Below, in pieces: positions 25,882 through 33,705 of a DNA stretch of 33,705 nucleotides. The DNA lies in IMG/VR virus record IMGVR_UViG_3300044477_000241, positions 1 to 33,705 of that record; one strand, written 5' to 3'. The DNA comes from a virus (lineage: Duplodnaviria; Caudoviricetes). The number at the start of each line of letters is the position of its first letter. Position 1 is the first letter of the stretch. The notes beneath the pieces were generated by a model. The model saw nothing but the letters and a program-made list of their open reading frames with translations. It ran no database searches and was not told where the DNA came from. The position numbers and the translations under genes were made by a program.

Positions 25882-25989
25882 GTGAGTGGCTAAAACCTTT
25901 AGAATCGTTTCTAAGTCTTCAGCATAATCGAATAGGGCACCACCTACATAGGCTTCCCAATATCCATTTCTGTATGTTATTTCAATCAT
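25846..25989 (-). CDS. Small hypothetical protein (47 aa, MIEITY...ELKDQ)
   Basis: Translated by hand; ATGA overlap with the upstream gene. Confidence 0.65.
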   Translation of the reverse strand: MIEITYRNGYWEAYVGGALFDYAEDLETILKVLATHADELEKELKDQ

Positions 25990-26450
25990 GACAACCTCCC
26001 TTTCCGTTCGATTTCTTTGAGTACGGGCATTAATATCTCAATATCATGTTCATCGACGCCAATTTCACGCATTTCATCAACGGTAAGTGAATTGCATCTT
26101 AAGGCATCTTCAACAATTGTATCCTCTCCATGAGATTGGAGGATCACTGCACATGCTGCAATGAATCCCAGAGAAAATTCATGCTTATCACGCTCCACTC
26201 GGTTATCGATCATGCTTCGTGATGAATGATTAGATTCGCCATGATGGCTACATTTAGATGATTTTTTTATTCGATCAATGAAGTTCACCAACCTGATTTC
26301 AATTTCTTCATCACTGGCCCTTTCTTTAAAACATAATCCATGATTCCTAAGATGCAATTCAATGTCACAGGCTCCATAAGCCTCCTCGATTAAAAATTGC
26401 TTCACAAGATCTTTGAATTCTTGTGTTTGACACATTTCCTGTTTGTTCAT
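25986..26450 (-). CDS. Hypothetical protein (154 aa)
   Basis: ORF in operon phase; no recognised motif. Confidence 0.7.
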   Translation of the reverse strand: MNKQEMCQTQEFKDLVKQFLIEEAYGACDIELHLRNHGLCFKERASDEEIEIRLVNFIDRIKKSSKCSHHGESNHSSRSMIDNRVERDKHEFSLGFIAACAVILQSHGEDTIVEDALRCNSLTVDEMREIGVDEHDIEILMPVLKEIERKGRLS

Positions 26451-26456
26451 AAGCTT

Positions 26457-27020
26457 CTATTTTTTAGTTTTTGTGCTCAATATCGTAAAAGGCCCTTGCA
26501 CGCCGGTAGAATAGCATTCTGCGGCGCTCAGGGCCTGTTTTACCAACAATCGACTATCACTATATGTCTTATTCTTTATGAGGATATAGAGCGCTCCCAA
26601 CGCGAAATCAGAGCCACATCCTACCGATCCGTATCCGGACGCAGATTCAGCTACCTGGAAGTCTTCCGAGATTTCAAAGAGCCGATCATGATATCCGACC
26701 AGGAAAGTACCTCCCCGGTCATCACCATGATCACCCTTCATCAGGTATCCACCGTTGACGAAGCACCTTCGAGCTTCATCAACGAAGTCTGTACACATAT
26801 ACCGATAGATGTCTTTTGTCTTAATTTCAGGTGGCACAAATGAAAATCGAAGAAGGTTAATCATCCTGAATGATGTCGTGCATCCGATCAGGAATTCACC
26901 GTTAAAAAATACTTTGGGATCTTTCCTGATGATGACGCTATTATCACCGATCGCGGCTGAATCGCCACCGATCACAACGCACTTACGTGCCCTGTCAATT
27001 ACTCCAACGATGCATGTCAT
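26457..27020 (-). CDS. Ntn-hydrolase, HslV/proteasome-beta-like protease
   Basis: Start M-T-CIVG (Thr nucleophile), GGDS, KVF and SVGCGS.FALGAL motifs. Confidence 0.8.
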   Translation of the reverse strand: MTCIVGVIDRARKCVVIGGDSAAIGDNSVIIRKDPKVFFNGEFLIGCTTSFRMINLLRFSFVPPEIKTKDIYRYMCTDFVDEARRCFVNGGYLMKGDHGDDRGGTFLVGYHDRLFEISEDFQVAESASGYGSVGCGSDFALGALYILIKNKTYSDSRLLVKQALSAAECYSTGVQGPFTILSTKTKK

Positions 27021-27037
27021 GTTAAATCCTGTTTTGC

Positions 27038-27107
27038 TCACCGGGAGGGAATCGAACCCTGAGACCAAGAGCCTGCGCGCCTGTGATCGCGCCTTATCTT
27101 CCCGGTA
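27038..27107 (-). ncRNA. tRNA-like element lacking a D arm
   Basis: TACCGGG/CCCGGTG stem, AGGG-TTCGATT-CCCT T arm, GCGCG/CGCGC middle hairpin; fills the intergenic gap. Confidence 0.65.
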
Positions 27108-27116
27108 AATCCTAAA

Positions 27117-27707
27117 TCAAAGTGCCGACCAGTTCAACTGGATCGGGACGTATTTGTCGTTACTGTCCCGGCGGGAAATGTTGATGTATTTGCGGCGGTT
27201 ATTAACGGCAATTGAAGCCTTGATAAGGTCTATAGCCTCCACCCACTTTGGATGCGTTATTTTCAAAGAAAACAGGCTAAAAACGCGGGTTTTATCCAGC
27301 CTTCCCTTAGTCGTGGTGAATGCATTATTCACCAGCAACACTAAGTCGTTGTCCGCACCTTTTGTCTTCTCCTCCAGGAACTCCTGTATCTTCGCCTGGG
27401 CAAGGGTGATTTTGTCATCAAAATCGACAATCTCATCCATTACAACTTCAACTTTCAATTCCTTATCGAAGGAGAAGAATGTAGCGTTTCCTTTGCCCTT
27501 TGGCTCCATATTGCGTTCGGTGAACATCAATTGGTAGAGCATGTCGGTATCAGTGATAGCTGCTTCTTTGAACGCCTTCAGAGCCTTATTCAATTCTTCA
27601 GCCCTCTTAGCAATTCTTGCAACTACGACTTCCTTCTTTTTGTCGAACTTGGAGACATACTGCGCAGGGACAGTTTCTCCGCGATGGTTCTTCCATTCTT
27701 TTTGCAT
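27117..27707 (-). CDS. DUF3164-like protein (Gam-position gene of Mu-like phages)
   Basis: KGNATFFSFD and W.EAIDLIK.S...YI...R motifs. Confidence 0.8.
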   Translation of the reverse strand: MQKEWKNHRGETVPAQYVSKFDKKKEVVVARIAKRAEELNKALKAFKEAAITDTDMLYQLMFTERNMEPKGKGNATFFSFDKELKVEVVMDEIVDFDDKITLAQAKIQEFLEEKTKGADNDLVLLVNNAFTTTKGRLDKTRVFSLFSLKITHPKWVEAIDLIKASIAVNNRRKYINISRRDSNDKYVPIQLNWSAL

Positions 27708-27717
27708 TGTTTTTGAT

Positions 27718-27984
27718 TTAGAATATGGGTAAAAATGAATTTTTTCTTATCATATCCGAGAGTTCATTGGTTAGCTCAGCATACTTATAGCGAAGCTCTT
27801 CACGATCACGGAATACGTTGTGCCAGTGATCATCATCGGAGGAGTTAATATTAAGCCACTCTGTTGACGATTTGATTTGTACGCCTGCGATATCACGCTT
27901 GGCAAGCAGACTGTTATATTTATTCAATATTCGAATCTGTTCGCTCGGTGTGACTGTCGCTGCAATATTTGATTGTTCGTTCAT
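27718..27984 (-). CDS. Hypothetical protein (88 aa)
   Basis: ORF translationally coupled in the early operon. Confidence 0.7.
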   Translation of the reverse strand: MNEQSNIAATVTPSEQIRILNKYNSLLAKRDIAGVQIKSSTEWLNINSSDDDHWHNVFRDREELRYKYAELTNELSDMIRKNSFLPIF

Positions 27985-28355
27985 ACAAGTTCTTTTGTAT
28001 AGGATTCAAAGATTGTCTTGGAAGGGAATAATCGCACGTCATATACATTATGAATGCGACGATACATGTTATTGAGCTCAATAACCTGCTCATGAGTAGG
28101 GTTGATGATCCAGTTTACTTCAGCAAGGAAAGTCTCATCCTGCTCCATCCATATGTTACGCCACCATGACCAGAACAGGCCTTTGCCGGAGGTAAGCATC
28201 TTCACAGTCTCTTCAGGTACAACCATCTGATTGCGGAGATAGTCAAAGCCGCAGTCGATCTGAAATTCCATCCACTGTGCCTGTGACATATTCAGCAATT
28301 GCTGGCAGCGAGCTGCGAGAACGTCTCTTTTAATAGTTACCATGTTGGGGTTCAT
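27981..28355 (-). CDS. Hypothetical protein (124 aa, FWSWWRNIW motif)
   Basis: ORF in the early operon. Confidence 0.75.
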   Translation of the reverse strand: MNPNMVTIKRDVLAARCQQLLNMSQAQWMEFQIDCGFDYLRNQMVVPEETVKMLTSGKGLFWSWWRNIWMEQDETFLAEVNWIINPTHEQVIELNNMYRRIHNVYDVRLFPSKTIFESYTKELV

Positions 28356-28357
28356 AA

Positions 28358-28765
28358 TTAGTCCTCCACTTCTAAATGATTCGCTTTCTCTTCGATTTCG
28401 GCAATCGTTGCATTTAGCTCTCTTTCAGCCTCCGGTGTCAACTTCTTGGAATGCCTGTCATTGTAGATCTTGCTCTTTACCTTCTCACGCAACTCCTTCA
28501 GCTCAGGAACGGTATTTGGCAAGCCATTTTCCTTAATTTTATCAAGGATTGAACCCTTAGTCTTAACGCCTTTGGAGGCGCCACTGGAGGATTGATCCTT
28601 GCTTTCTTTTGCTTTTTCAGTTGCCGGAACAATCGCAGTTAGGATCTCTTCAGTACTGCATTTAAGAGACCCTCCCTGAATCGCGCGGATAATTGACTGG
28701 AAGTCCACTGGGCCATCGGCGTTCCCGATGGCGATGATAATGATATTGGAATAATGTTCTGACAT
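28358..28765 (-). CDS. Hypothetical protein (135 aa)
   Basis: ORF in the early operon; helical C-terminus. Confidence 0.75.
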   Translation of the reverse strand: MSEHYSNIIIIAIGNADGPVDFQSIIRAIQGGSLKCSTEEILTAIVPATEKAKESKDQSSSGASKGVKTKGSILDKIKENGLPNTVPELKELREKVKSKIYNDRHSKKLTPEAERELNATIAEIEEKANHLEVED

Positions 28766-28776
28766 GATTATCCTCC

Positions 28777-29631
28777 TTATGCAGCGTTAGTTAAACGTTC
28801 TGTTTTGATCTGCTCGATTTCCGATTTCACGCGGCGCAGATCGTTCTTTGACGCGTTGATCACGCGCGCGATTGATTCTTCGTCGCCTACTTCATTAACC
28901 TGACATATCAATTTAATGGCTTTAGGCGTGACACCGGAGAGGGGCAGGAATTCAGATCCCATCCTGGAATAGATCTCCTGGAAGGCCTGCTTCTGAAGCC
29001 GTACTCCCTTGAGAATATGCTTCTGGAAAAATGGAGCCCCGCAGAGCACAAATCCACAGTTAGTCTTGTTGTAGAGCGTCTTGTAGAAGTTCAAGACGCC
29101 ATCCTTGAGTTTGTCGGCTTCATCAATGATCACCAGGGGGAGATCTTTCGCATTCAGACACTCAACGATCTCCATGACCATTTGATGCACGGACAGTCCC
29201 GGTTCAGTGAGTCCCATTGCCTTACGCAACTGCTCAAGAAATACCTTCTTTGTCCAATACTCGTCACATTCAATATAGTACACGTTGGGAGATTTGGACG
29301 CATAATCCTTGAGTGCATACGTTTTGCCACAGCCGGGATCGAAGGCGATGGCCTTGCTAAGTCCCTTCTTTTGAGAGTGCATGCATATGCCGACGATTCT
29401 GCGATAATCGGCAGTCTCAGCAGTTACCCAGTCTTTTTTAACGCCGAGTTTCGCCGCAAGGGTGTTGATCATTGTCTTGGATACCTTATCCCAATTGCCA
29501 TCACGGACGTTCATCAGTTGCGCCGGGGATATTCCAAGTGAGCGGGCTACCTCAGTTAAATTGCCGGTAACCTGAATTCTTTCCTTAACTGCAATTTGCA
29601 GATTGATTTTGATTACATTTGTGGTCTCCAT
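28777..29631 (-). CDS. MuB-like AAA+ transposition ATPase
   Basis: N-terminal HTH, Walker A PGCGKT, Walker B IIDEAD, EIYSR and DLRRV. Confidence 0.92.
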   Translation of the reverse strand: METTNVIKINLQIAVKERIQVTGNLTEVARSLGISPAQLMNVRDGNWDKVSKTMINTLAAKLGVKKDWVTAETADYRRIVGICMHSQKKGLSKAIAFDPGCGKTYALKDYASKSPNVYYIECDEYWTKKVFLEQLRKAMGLTEPGLSVHQMVMEIVECLNAKDLPLVIIDEADKLKDGVLNFYKTLYNKTNCGFVLCGAPFFQKHILKGVRLQKQAFQEIYSRMGSEFLPLSGVTPKAIKLICQVNEVGDEESIARVINASKNDLRRVKSEIEQIKTERLTNAA

Positions 29632-29637
29632 ATGTGT

Positions 29638-29988
29638 TTACTTTAAATTGTTATTTATGGCGGCCCCTTCTGTTGACTCGGTGGGGGTCGACTTTTCTTG
29701 CACCTTCAGAATGTACAGTTCTACCGCTGTCTGCCCTTCACGTTCGTAAAGAGATTTGATATTTCTGTAATGGTCTACCATGACAGGAACCCGCGCGGCG
29801 TAGTACTTATTTGCCCTAATTACTTCACCGTTCTTGGTTTTTGTAATTCCGGCGTTGATAAAACTCTGACCAAGAATCGATCGAAGTTCAGTTTTTTGAT
29901 TGCCGAGCGCGTCGAGCTCAGCTAATTCCGGGAGCCTTGCAGCCATCTCACGAAAGGATTGGCGCAGGAATGCATCTGTTTTATTCAT
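29638..29988 (-). CDS. Hypothetical protein between transposase and ATPase
   Basis: 116-aa ORF overlapping the transposase stop. Confidence 0.75.
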   Translation of the reverse strand: MNKTDAFLRQSFREMAARLPELAELDALGNQKTELRSILGQSFINAGITKTKNGEVIRANKYYAARVPVMVDHYRNIKSLYEREGQTAVELYILKVQEKSTPTESTEGAAINNNLK

Positions 29989-32032
29989 CGTTGTCCTCCA
30001 ATTGATTAAGTTGTATGTTGTAAATATTGTTTTTGGCGATTTTCACGTAGAAATCCTCCTCCTCGTCGATAATCTCAGGAGTAGGGGCTTTCAGCAGATT
30101 GTTGGATTCATTGAGCATCCCTTTGATTTCGTTGCCGACCGGGAACATGCCCTTTGCGTATCCTTCCGCTTCGATCGAGCGGGCCGGATCGATCCCAGCA
30201 CTGGAAAGTAGATTACGATCCTGGTCGTGCATATCCATGATCAGGCCCTTGACATTCTTCTTCATATCCAGGATTCGATTCAATCTTGTGCGATCGCCAT
30301 CCTGCATATCTGCGAAGGCCATCGGAACGGGCTCAACCCGGTTGACCAGGTAATTCGTAGACCCCTCGTCAGCGGTGATCAGGATCTTATTCAGATCCCA
30401 CTCGTCGTAGATCACTTGAAATTCCTTTCCGGCATTCTTTACAAAGAATTCCGGTTCAAACTCCATATAATTGTGGGTGATGCCTTCAATTGTTAGCCTA
30501 ATTCCCGCATTTGTAAGCCTGTGTTGATAGATCATATCGCCACGGGAGTGTATCTGCCCAAATAACTGAAGTCTCTTTATATCGCTTAATTTGCGATCCC
30601 GGGAGCGGTCTGCTTCTTTCCATTCCTGAAACAGGCTCTTCCCGTTGTCCCGGATGCTGTTATTCCATGCCCATATTGCAATGTCTATCTGCTGCAGTAC
30701 ACCACTTTCATCAGGGAACTGATGTCTGATCTTGGATAAAAAGTCACGATTGGGTTGATGTTTAGCCGTAATATTGGCTCCTGCGTAGTTTTTGAACCTG
30801 CGAAGCACGAGGTTATTGAGTTTTGCGAAACTTTGCTCCACCGTCTTATCGCGAGCATTACCGACGGCTGCCGGTGTGAAGTAATCCTTATTCAACGCGA
30901 TCGCTTCGTAGAATGGTCGCATTTTGCTGATTGCGAAATTATCGACCTTGATCTGGTGGGGAAGTGATTCTGCTGATATGCAGGCTTGTTTCCATGCTAT
31001 TCGAGCGAGTTCGGCGCTCTCTGATTCACCAGTGGCGTACCCAACGATGAAGTCGTTGAATGCATCAGTGATGATATAGACCATCTTACGTTTCCAGTAC
31101 TTAATGATCTGATGATTCTTGCTGTCCTGGACACACTCCTGGTAGAAGAGTTCCATAGGAGTTCCGTCACCGACCCACAGTAAGTTAGGCTGTGAAGGAC
31201 GGAACCGCTTCACAATAAAGTCGAACGCGTTGCGCCACTGGCCGATGCCTTCCCGGAACGATTTAACTTCGATTTCGTTGATGTAATTACGAACCGTCTG
31301 AGCGGTGATTACGGGCCATCCCCTGTCGAGACCGGTATGATTTACGATCTTGACAATCTGATCAATGGGGAATTGGTTACTTTGTGATGCAACCTGGCGG
31401 ATCAGCGCGCGCATCTCCGGGTTCACTTTGGCAGTATTCGCATTGCCATAGTTGTGCTTAATCACGGATTCAGGGCCAGCGATTTTGTATTGCTCGACCT
31501 TCTCCATGAGCCGTCTGTAATTCGTCGGGAGCTTTATACGTTTGGCGGCAATAAATGATGTAACCGCCTGAAAGAATGCCTTTTTAGATTTAAATCCGAA
31601 CCTGCCTACATCGAATTTTACGTCGTCTCTGACGAGCAGGATCAGTTCCATCCACCGGCAGGCTTCGATGTACGAGCTCTTATCCCGGGGAGGCAGATGC
31701 CTTCCATCAGGGAGTCGGTATTCATCGAAGTAATGCGCGTGATCAGCGCGGGCGTTGAGGAGGGACTGAATGGATGATTCGAAGGAGATCGAATGAGGAT
31801 CCTTACCTCCGCAAATCAGTTGAGTGATCAGGTTTTTGTATTGATCTGCGAGGCCATCAAAGTGAAGATATATGCTGCGGCCCTCTTTATGGTGTGGCCA
31901 AGTGTTTAATTTTCCATTTCGATGATAATTGAGAGCTTTCCAAATGTACTCATTTGAAATACCACATTCAATGAGCTCATTGACTGTACAACAGAGCAGC
32001 GATTGATTATTATATGTGCGGTAGATTGGCAT
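29981..32032 (-). CDS. MuA-like DDE transposase (683 aa)
   Basis: WVGDGT, KVDN and KTVEQSF catalytic triad. Start reassigned to MPIYR (32032). Confidence 0.92.
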   Translation of the reverse strand: MPIYRTYNNQSLLCCTVNELIECGISNEYIWKALNYHRNGKLNTWPHHKEGRSIYLHFDGLADQYKNLITQLICGGKDPHSISFESSIQSLLNARADHAHYFDEYRLPDGRHLPPRDKSSYIEACRWMELILLVRDDVKFDVGRFGFKSKKAFFQAVTSFIAAKRIKLPTNYRRLMEKVEQYKIAGPESVIKHNYGNANTAKVNPEMRALIRQVASQSNQFPIDQIVKIVNHTGLDRGWPVITAQTVRNYINEIEVKSFREGIGQWRNAFDFIVKRFRPSQPNLLWVGDGTPMELFYQECVQDSKNHQIIKYWKRKMVYIITDAFNDFIVGYATGESESAELARIAWKQACISAESLPHQIKVDNFAISKMRPFYEAIALNKDYFTPAAVGNARDKTVEQSFAKLNNLVLRRFKNYAGANITAKHQPNRDFLSKIRHQFPDESGVLQQIDIAIWAWNNSIRDNGKSLFQEWKEADRSRDRKLSDIKRLQLFGQIHSRGDMIYQHRLTNAGIRLTIEGITHNYMEFEPEFFVKNAGKEFQVIYDEWDLNKILITADEGSTNYLVNRVEPVPMAFADMQDGDRTRLNRILDMKKNVKGLIMDMHDQDRNLLSSAGIDPARSIEAEGYAKGMFPVGNEIKGMLNESNNLLKAPTPEIIDEEEDFYVKIAKNNIYNIQLNQLEDNDE

Positions 32033-32044
32033 ATTTTCCTTTTG

Positions 32045-32091
32045 TTTCTGTGGCCGGATTCGATCCGACCGCATCTCGCTCTGCACAGAAA
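32045..32091 (-). ncRNA. tRNA-like minihelix (acceptor + T arm) in the transposase leader
   Basis: TTTCTGTG/CACAGAAA stem stacked on GTCGG-ATCGAAT-CCGGC; 14-nt connector. Confidence 0.6.
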
Positions 32092-32122
32092 AAAGGAGCC
32101 TCAGCCCGAAGGCATCGGCTCC
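32089..32122 (-). terminator. Terminator/attenuator upstream of the transposase
   Basis: GGAGCC...GCC-TTCG-GGC...GGCTCC followed by T6. Confidence 0.8.
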
Positions 32123-32131
32123 ATAGCATCT

Positions 32132-32350
32132 TTATTTATCAGGGTTTTTAGGACGCATCGCATCGATAAGGAGAGGAATCACGTTGCTGCTGAGATAGGT
32201 GTGCAGAGATTCCTGGATATGTTCCCGCGTTTTAGGGTCTAACTTATAGACGCCAGGGAAATCGCGAAATATTGATGTCTTCGTGTCGATGTGCTCTTCG
32301 GATAGCAGTTCGCGTGCTTCCTGGATTAGAGATTCTTGCCACTTCTTCAT
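32132..32350 (-). CDS. Hypothetical protein (72 aa)
   Basis: Second ORF of the early operon. Confidence 0.7.
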   Translation of the reverse strand: MKKWQESLIQEARELLSEEHIDTKTSIFRDFPGVYKLDPKTREHIQESLHTYLSSNVIPLLIDAMRPKNPDK

Positions 32351-32368
32351 TTTGCTATGGTTTATAGG

Positions 32369-32590
32369 TTATAGTACGGTTTGTCTCGATTTTACATTCT
32401 TATCAGCCAATTCACGTGCAATCTCAATAACTCCTCTGGCGTCGTTTGAGAATCCGTGCAGAATTTTTGAAATGTGAATTGGGGTGACACCGAAGGCCTC
32501 AGCAATTCTCTTGATATCGCCCTTATTGAGGCCCCTGAGTATTTCTGTCTGTTCGGGATACTTTCTTTTATCATCCGACCGTTGTGCCAT
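32369..32590 (-). CDS. Ner/Cro-like HTH regulator
   Basis: IKRIAEAFGVTPIHISKILHG HTH; divergent from the repressor. Confidence 0.8.
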   Translation of the reverse strand: MAQRSDDKRKYPEQTEILRGLNKGDIKRIAEAFGVTPIHISKILHGFSNDARGVIEIARELADKNVKSRQTVL

Positions 32591-32688
32591 ATAAAAAATT
32601 GTTTATGTTTGTTTAATCTTTGCAAAGATACTATCATATAACCTAAAAAAGCAAGCATAAGGCTTACTTTTTACAATTATTTTTTTAT
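32591..32688. promoter_or_regulatory. Lysis/lysogeny switch region with overlapping promoter boxes and an operator-like palindrome
   Basis: TATCTTTG on - (32623-32630), AATCTTTG on + (32615-32622), imperfect palindrome at about 32646-32672. Confidence 0.65.
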
Positions 32689-33078
32689 ATGTCAATAAAT
32701 CAACGTATTGTAGAGATCATAAAATATTATAATCTCAACAAAAATTCATTTAGTAAGAAGATTGGCCTTCAGAACAATACAACAATCGGGAATATTGTCA
32801 CCGGGAGAATGAATTCCCCATCATATGATGTTATTTGTAAAATATTGCACGCATTTGACGGTATCAGCGTAAAATGGTTAATACTTGGTGAAGGAGAAAT
32901 GATTGAGGATAAAACAAACTCGCCACCAGGCGATGCAGAGTTGTTAGGGCATTATAAGGATATCATTGAAAACCTTAAACTTGTTAATAGACAACTTGAA
33001 AGCATAAATTCTCAACTTATTGATGAACTTAATGAATTCAGAGGCCATCCTGATGGCCAAAAAAGAAAGGCAGGATAA
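32689..33078 (+). CDS. Phage repressor (XRE/CI-like HTH, no peptidase domain)
   Basis: N-terminal HTH ending WLILGEGEM, with a coiled-coil C-terminus. Confidence 0.85.
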   Translation: MSINQRIVEIIKYYNLNKNSFSKKIGLQNNTTIGNIVTGRMNSPSYDVICKILHAFDGISVKWLILGEGEMIEDKTNSPPGDAELLGHYKDIIENLKLVNRQLESINSQLIDELNEFRGHPDGQKRKAG

Positions 33079-33237
33079 TTTATTTGAATTGCAATAGATA
33101 ATCCCACCATTGAGAAGTCTCATGGCGCTATTAAAGCCAATAAAGGCACGGGTTATAGTTGTAACTTTCGCAAAGGTTTTTATATTTTATTAACTAAAAT
33201 ATTTTTTTGTGGTTTTTACGTACCTTTAAACTTAAAT

Positions 33238-33272
33238 GGTAAGGTAAAATGGTAAGGTAATGGGTAAGGTAA
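33238..33272 (+). repeat. 3 x GGTAAGGTAA
   Basis: Copies at 33238, 33251 and 33263. Confidence 0.85.
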
Positions 33273-33556
33273 GTGATATTTATGCGATTTATTGGTATTT
33301 TTGCACCTTAATATCTATTTTGTTTAAATATGAGGCTTTTTGCGCAAACGTATGTGCACCGGTGGGGATAGATTATAATAATGGAATATTGCTGCAATTA
33401 CGCGTAAATAGGGCCTTGTAGAAGGTATTTTATGTGGATAGAAGGTTTCTGGTGTACTATTATATAATATACAGTGCTTAAATGACCTTTAAATTATATT
33501 TAAGTGGCTCTTTCGATACGATTGCGGCCAAAAAATTATAGTAAAATTATAGATAA

Positions 33557-33675
33557 TTGCACATTCCGTTTTATTTGGTCGTAATGTGAAAAATCGGCCA
33601 AAAAAAAGAGAAACAATGAGTTATAAAGGTTTTTTAAAGGCAGGAGAGTGTACTTTCCGTTTTTACCCCCTTACA
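33557..33675 (-). repeat. Right-end transposase-binding sites and terminal CA
   Basis: TGCACATTCCGTTTT (33558-33572) and GTGTACTTTCCGTTTTT (33648-33664), inverted relative to the left repeats; ends TTACA. Confidence 0.85.
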
Positions 33676-33705
33676 TTGCAGCCTCCTTTGGCAATGTGCA
33701 CGGAG
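33676..33705 (+). other. fbaA: Host flank: fragment of a class II fructose-bisphosphate aldolase gene
   Basis: GCA GCC TCC TTT GGC AAT GTG CAC GGA = AASFGNVHG, the class II aldolase Zn-ligand motif. Only 30 nt are visible. Confidence 0.65.

Larger units (their letters stand above)
26..33675 (-). mobile_element. Mu-like transposable prophage/phage genome (contractile tail), probably Bacteroidota host
   Basis: DDE transposase + AAA ATPase, repressor/Ner pair, full head/tail set, and inverted AAAACGGAAWGTRCA repeats at both ends. The right end is ...TTACA at 33675. The left end is uncertain: TG at 26 (preceded by TTGCA, matching 33676-33680) or about 68. Confidence 0.95.

Noticed and set aside
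32033-32086. GTG-start extension of the transposase in the ORF track
   Set aside because: It overlaps the minihelix structure; ATG 32032 has an A-rich leader.
29017-32477. Plus-strand ORFs opposite the ATPase and transposase
   Set aside because: Antisense shadows without motifs or expression signals.

Overview
The window holds an essentially complete ~33.6 kb Mu-like transposable (pro)phage with a contractile tail, and only 25-70 bp of flanking DNA per side. The host is very probably a Bacteroidota, judged from TAnnTTTG promoter boxes, AT-rich translation starts and lipoprotein signals. The repressor end lies at the right of the window. Layout right to left: end repeats; repressor/Ner switch; minus-strand early operon (MuA-like transposase, MuB-like ATPase, DUF3164-like, Ntn protease, small ORFs, GemA-like, Mor/C-like activator); a lipoprotein moron and a structured-leader ORF; a plus-strand packaging/head operon (terS, terL, adaptor, portal, MuF, neck); and a divergent minus-strand operon (Clp protease-scaffold, capsid, lysis, tail, baseplate, DNA adenine methylase). 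Four signals stand out. (1) A clean -1 ribosomal frameshift signal at the end of the portal gene would make a ~721-aa portal-MuF fusion. (2) Both genes of the lysis cassette look like fusions: holin-like TM + amidase, and holin-like TM + unimolecular spanin. (3) Three tRNA-like acceptor/T-arm structures without a usable anticodon each sit just upstream of an early gene, one of them the transposase. (4) A multi-stem leader with alternative pairings precedes an unannotated 59-aa ORF. All product calls come from motif recognition and gene order; no database search was run.
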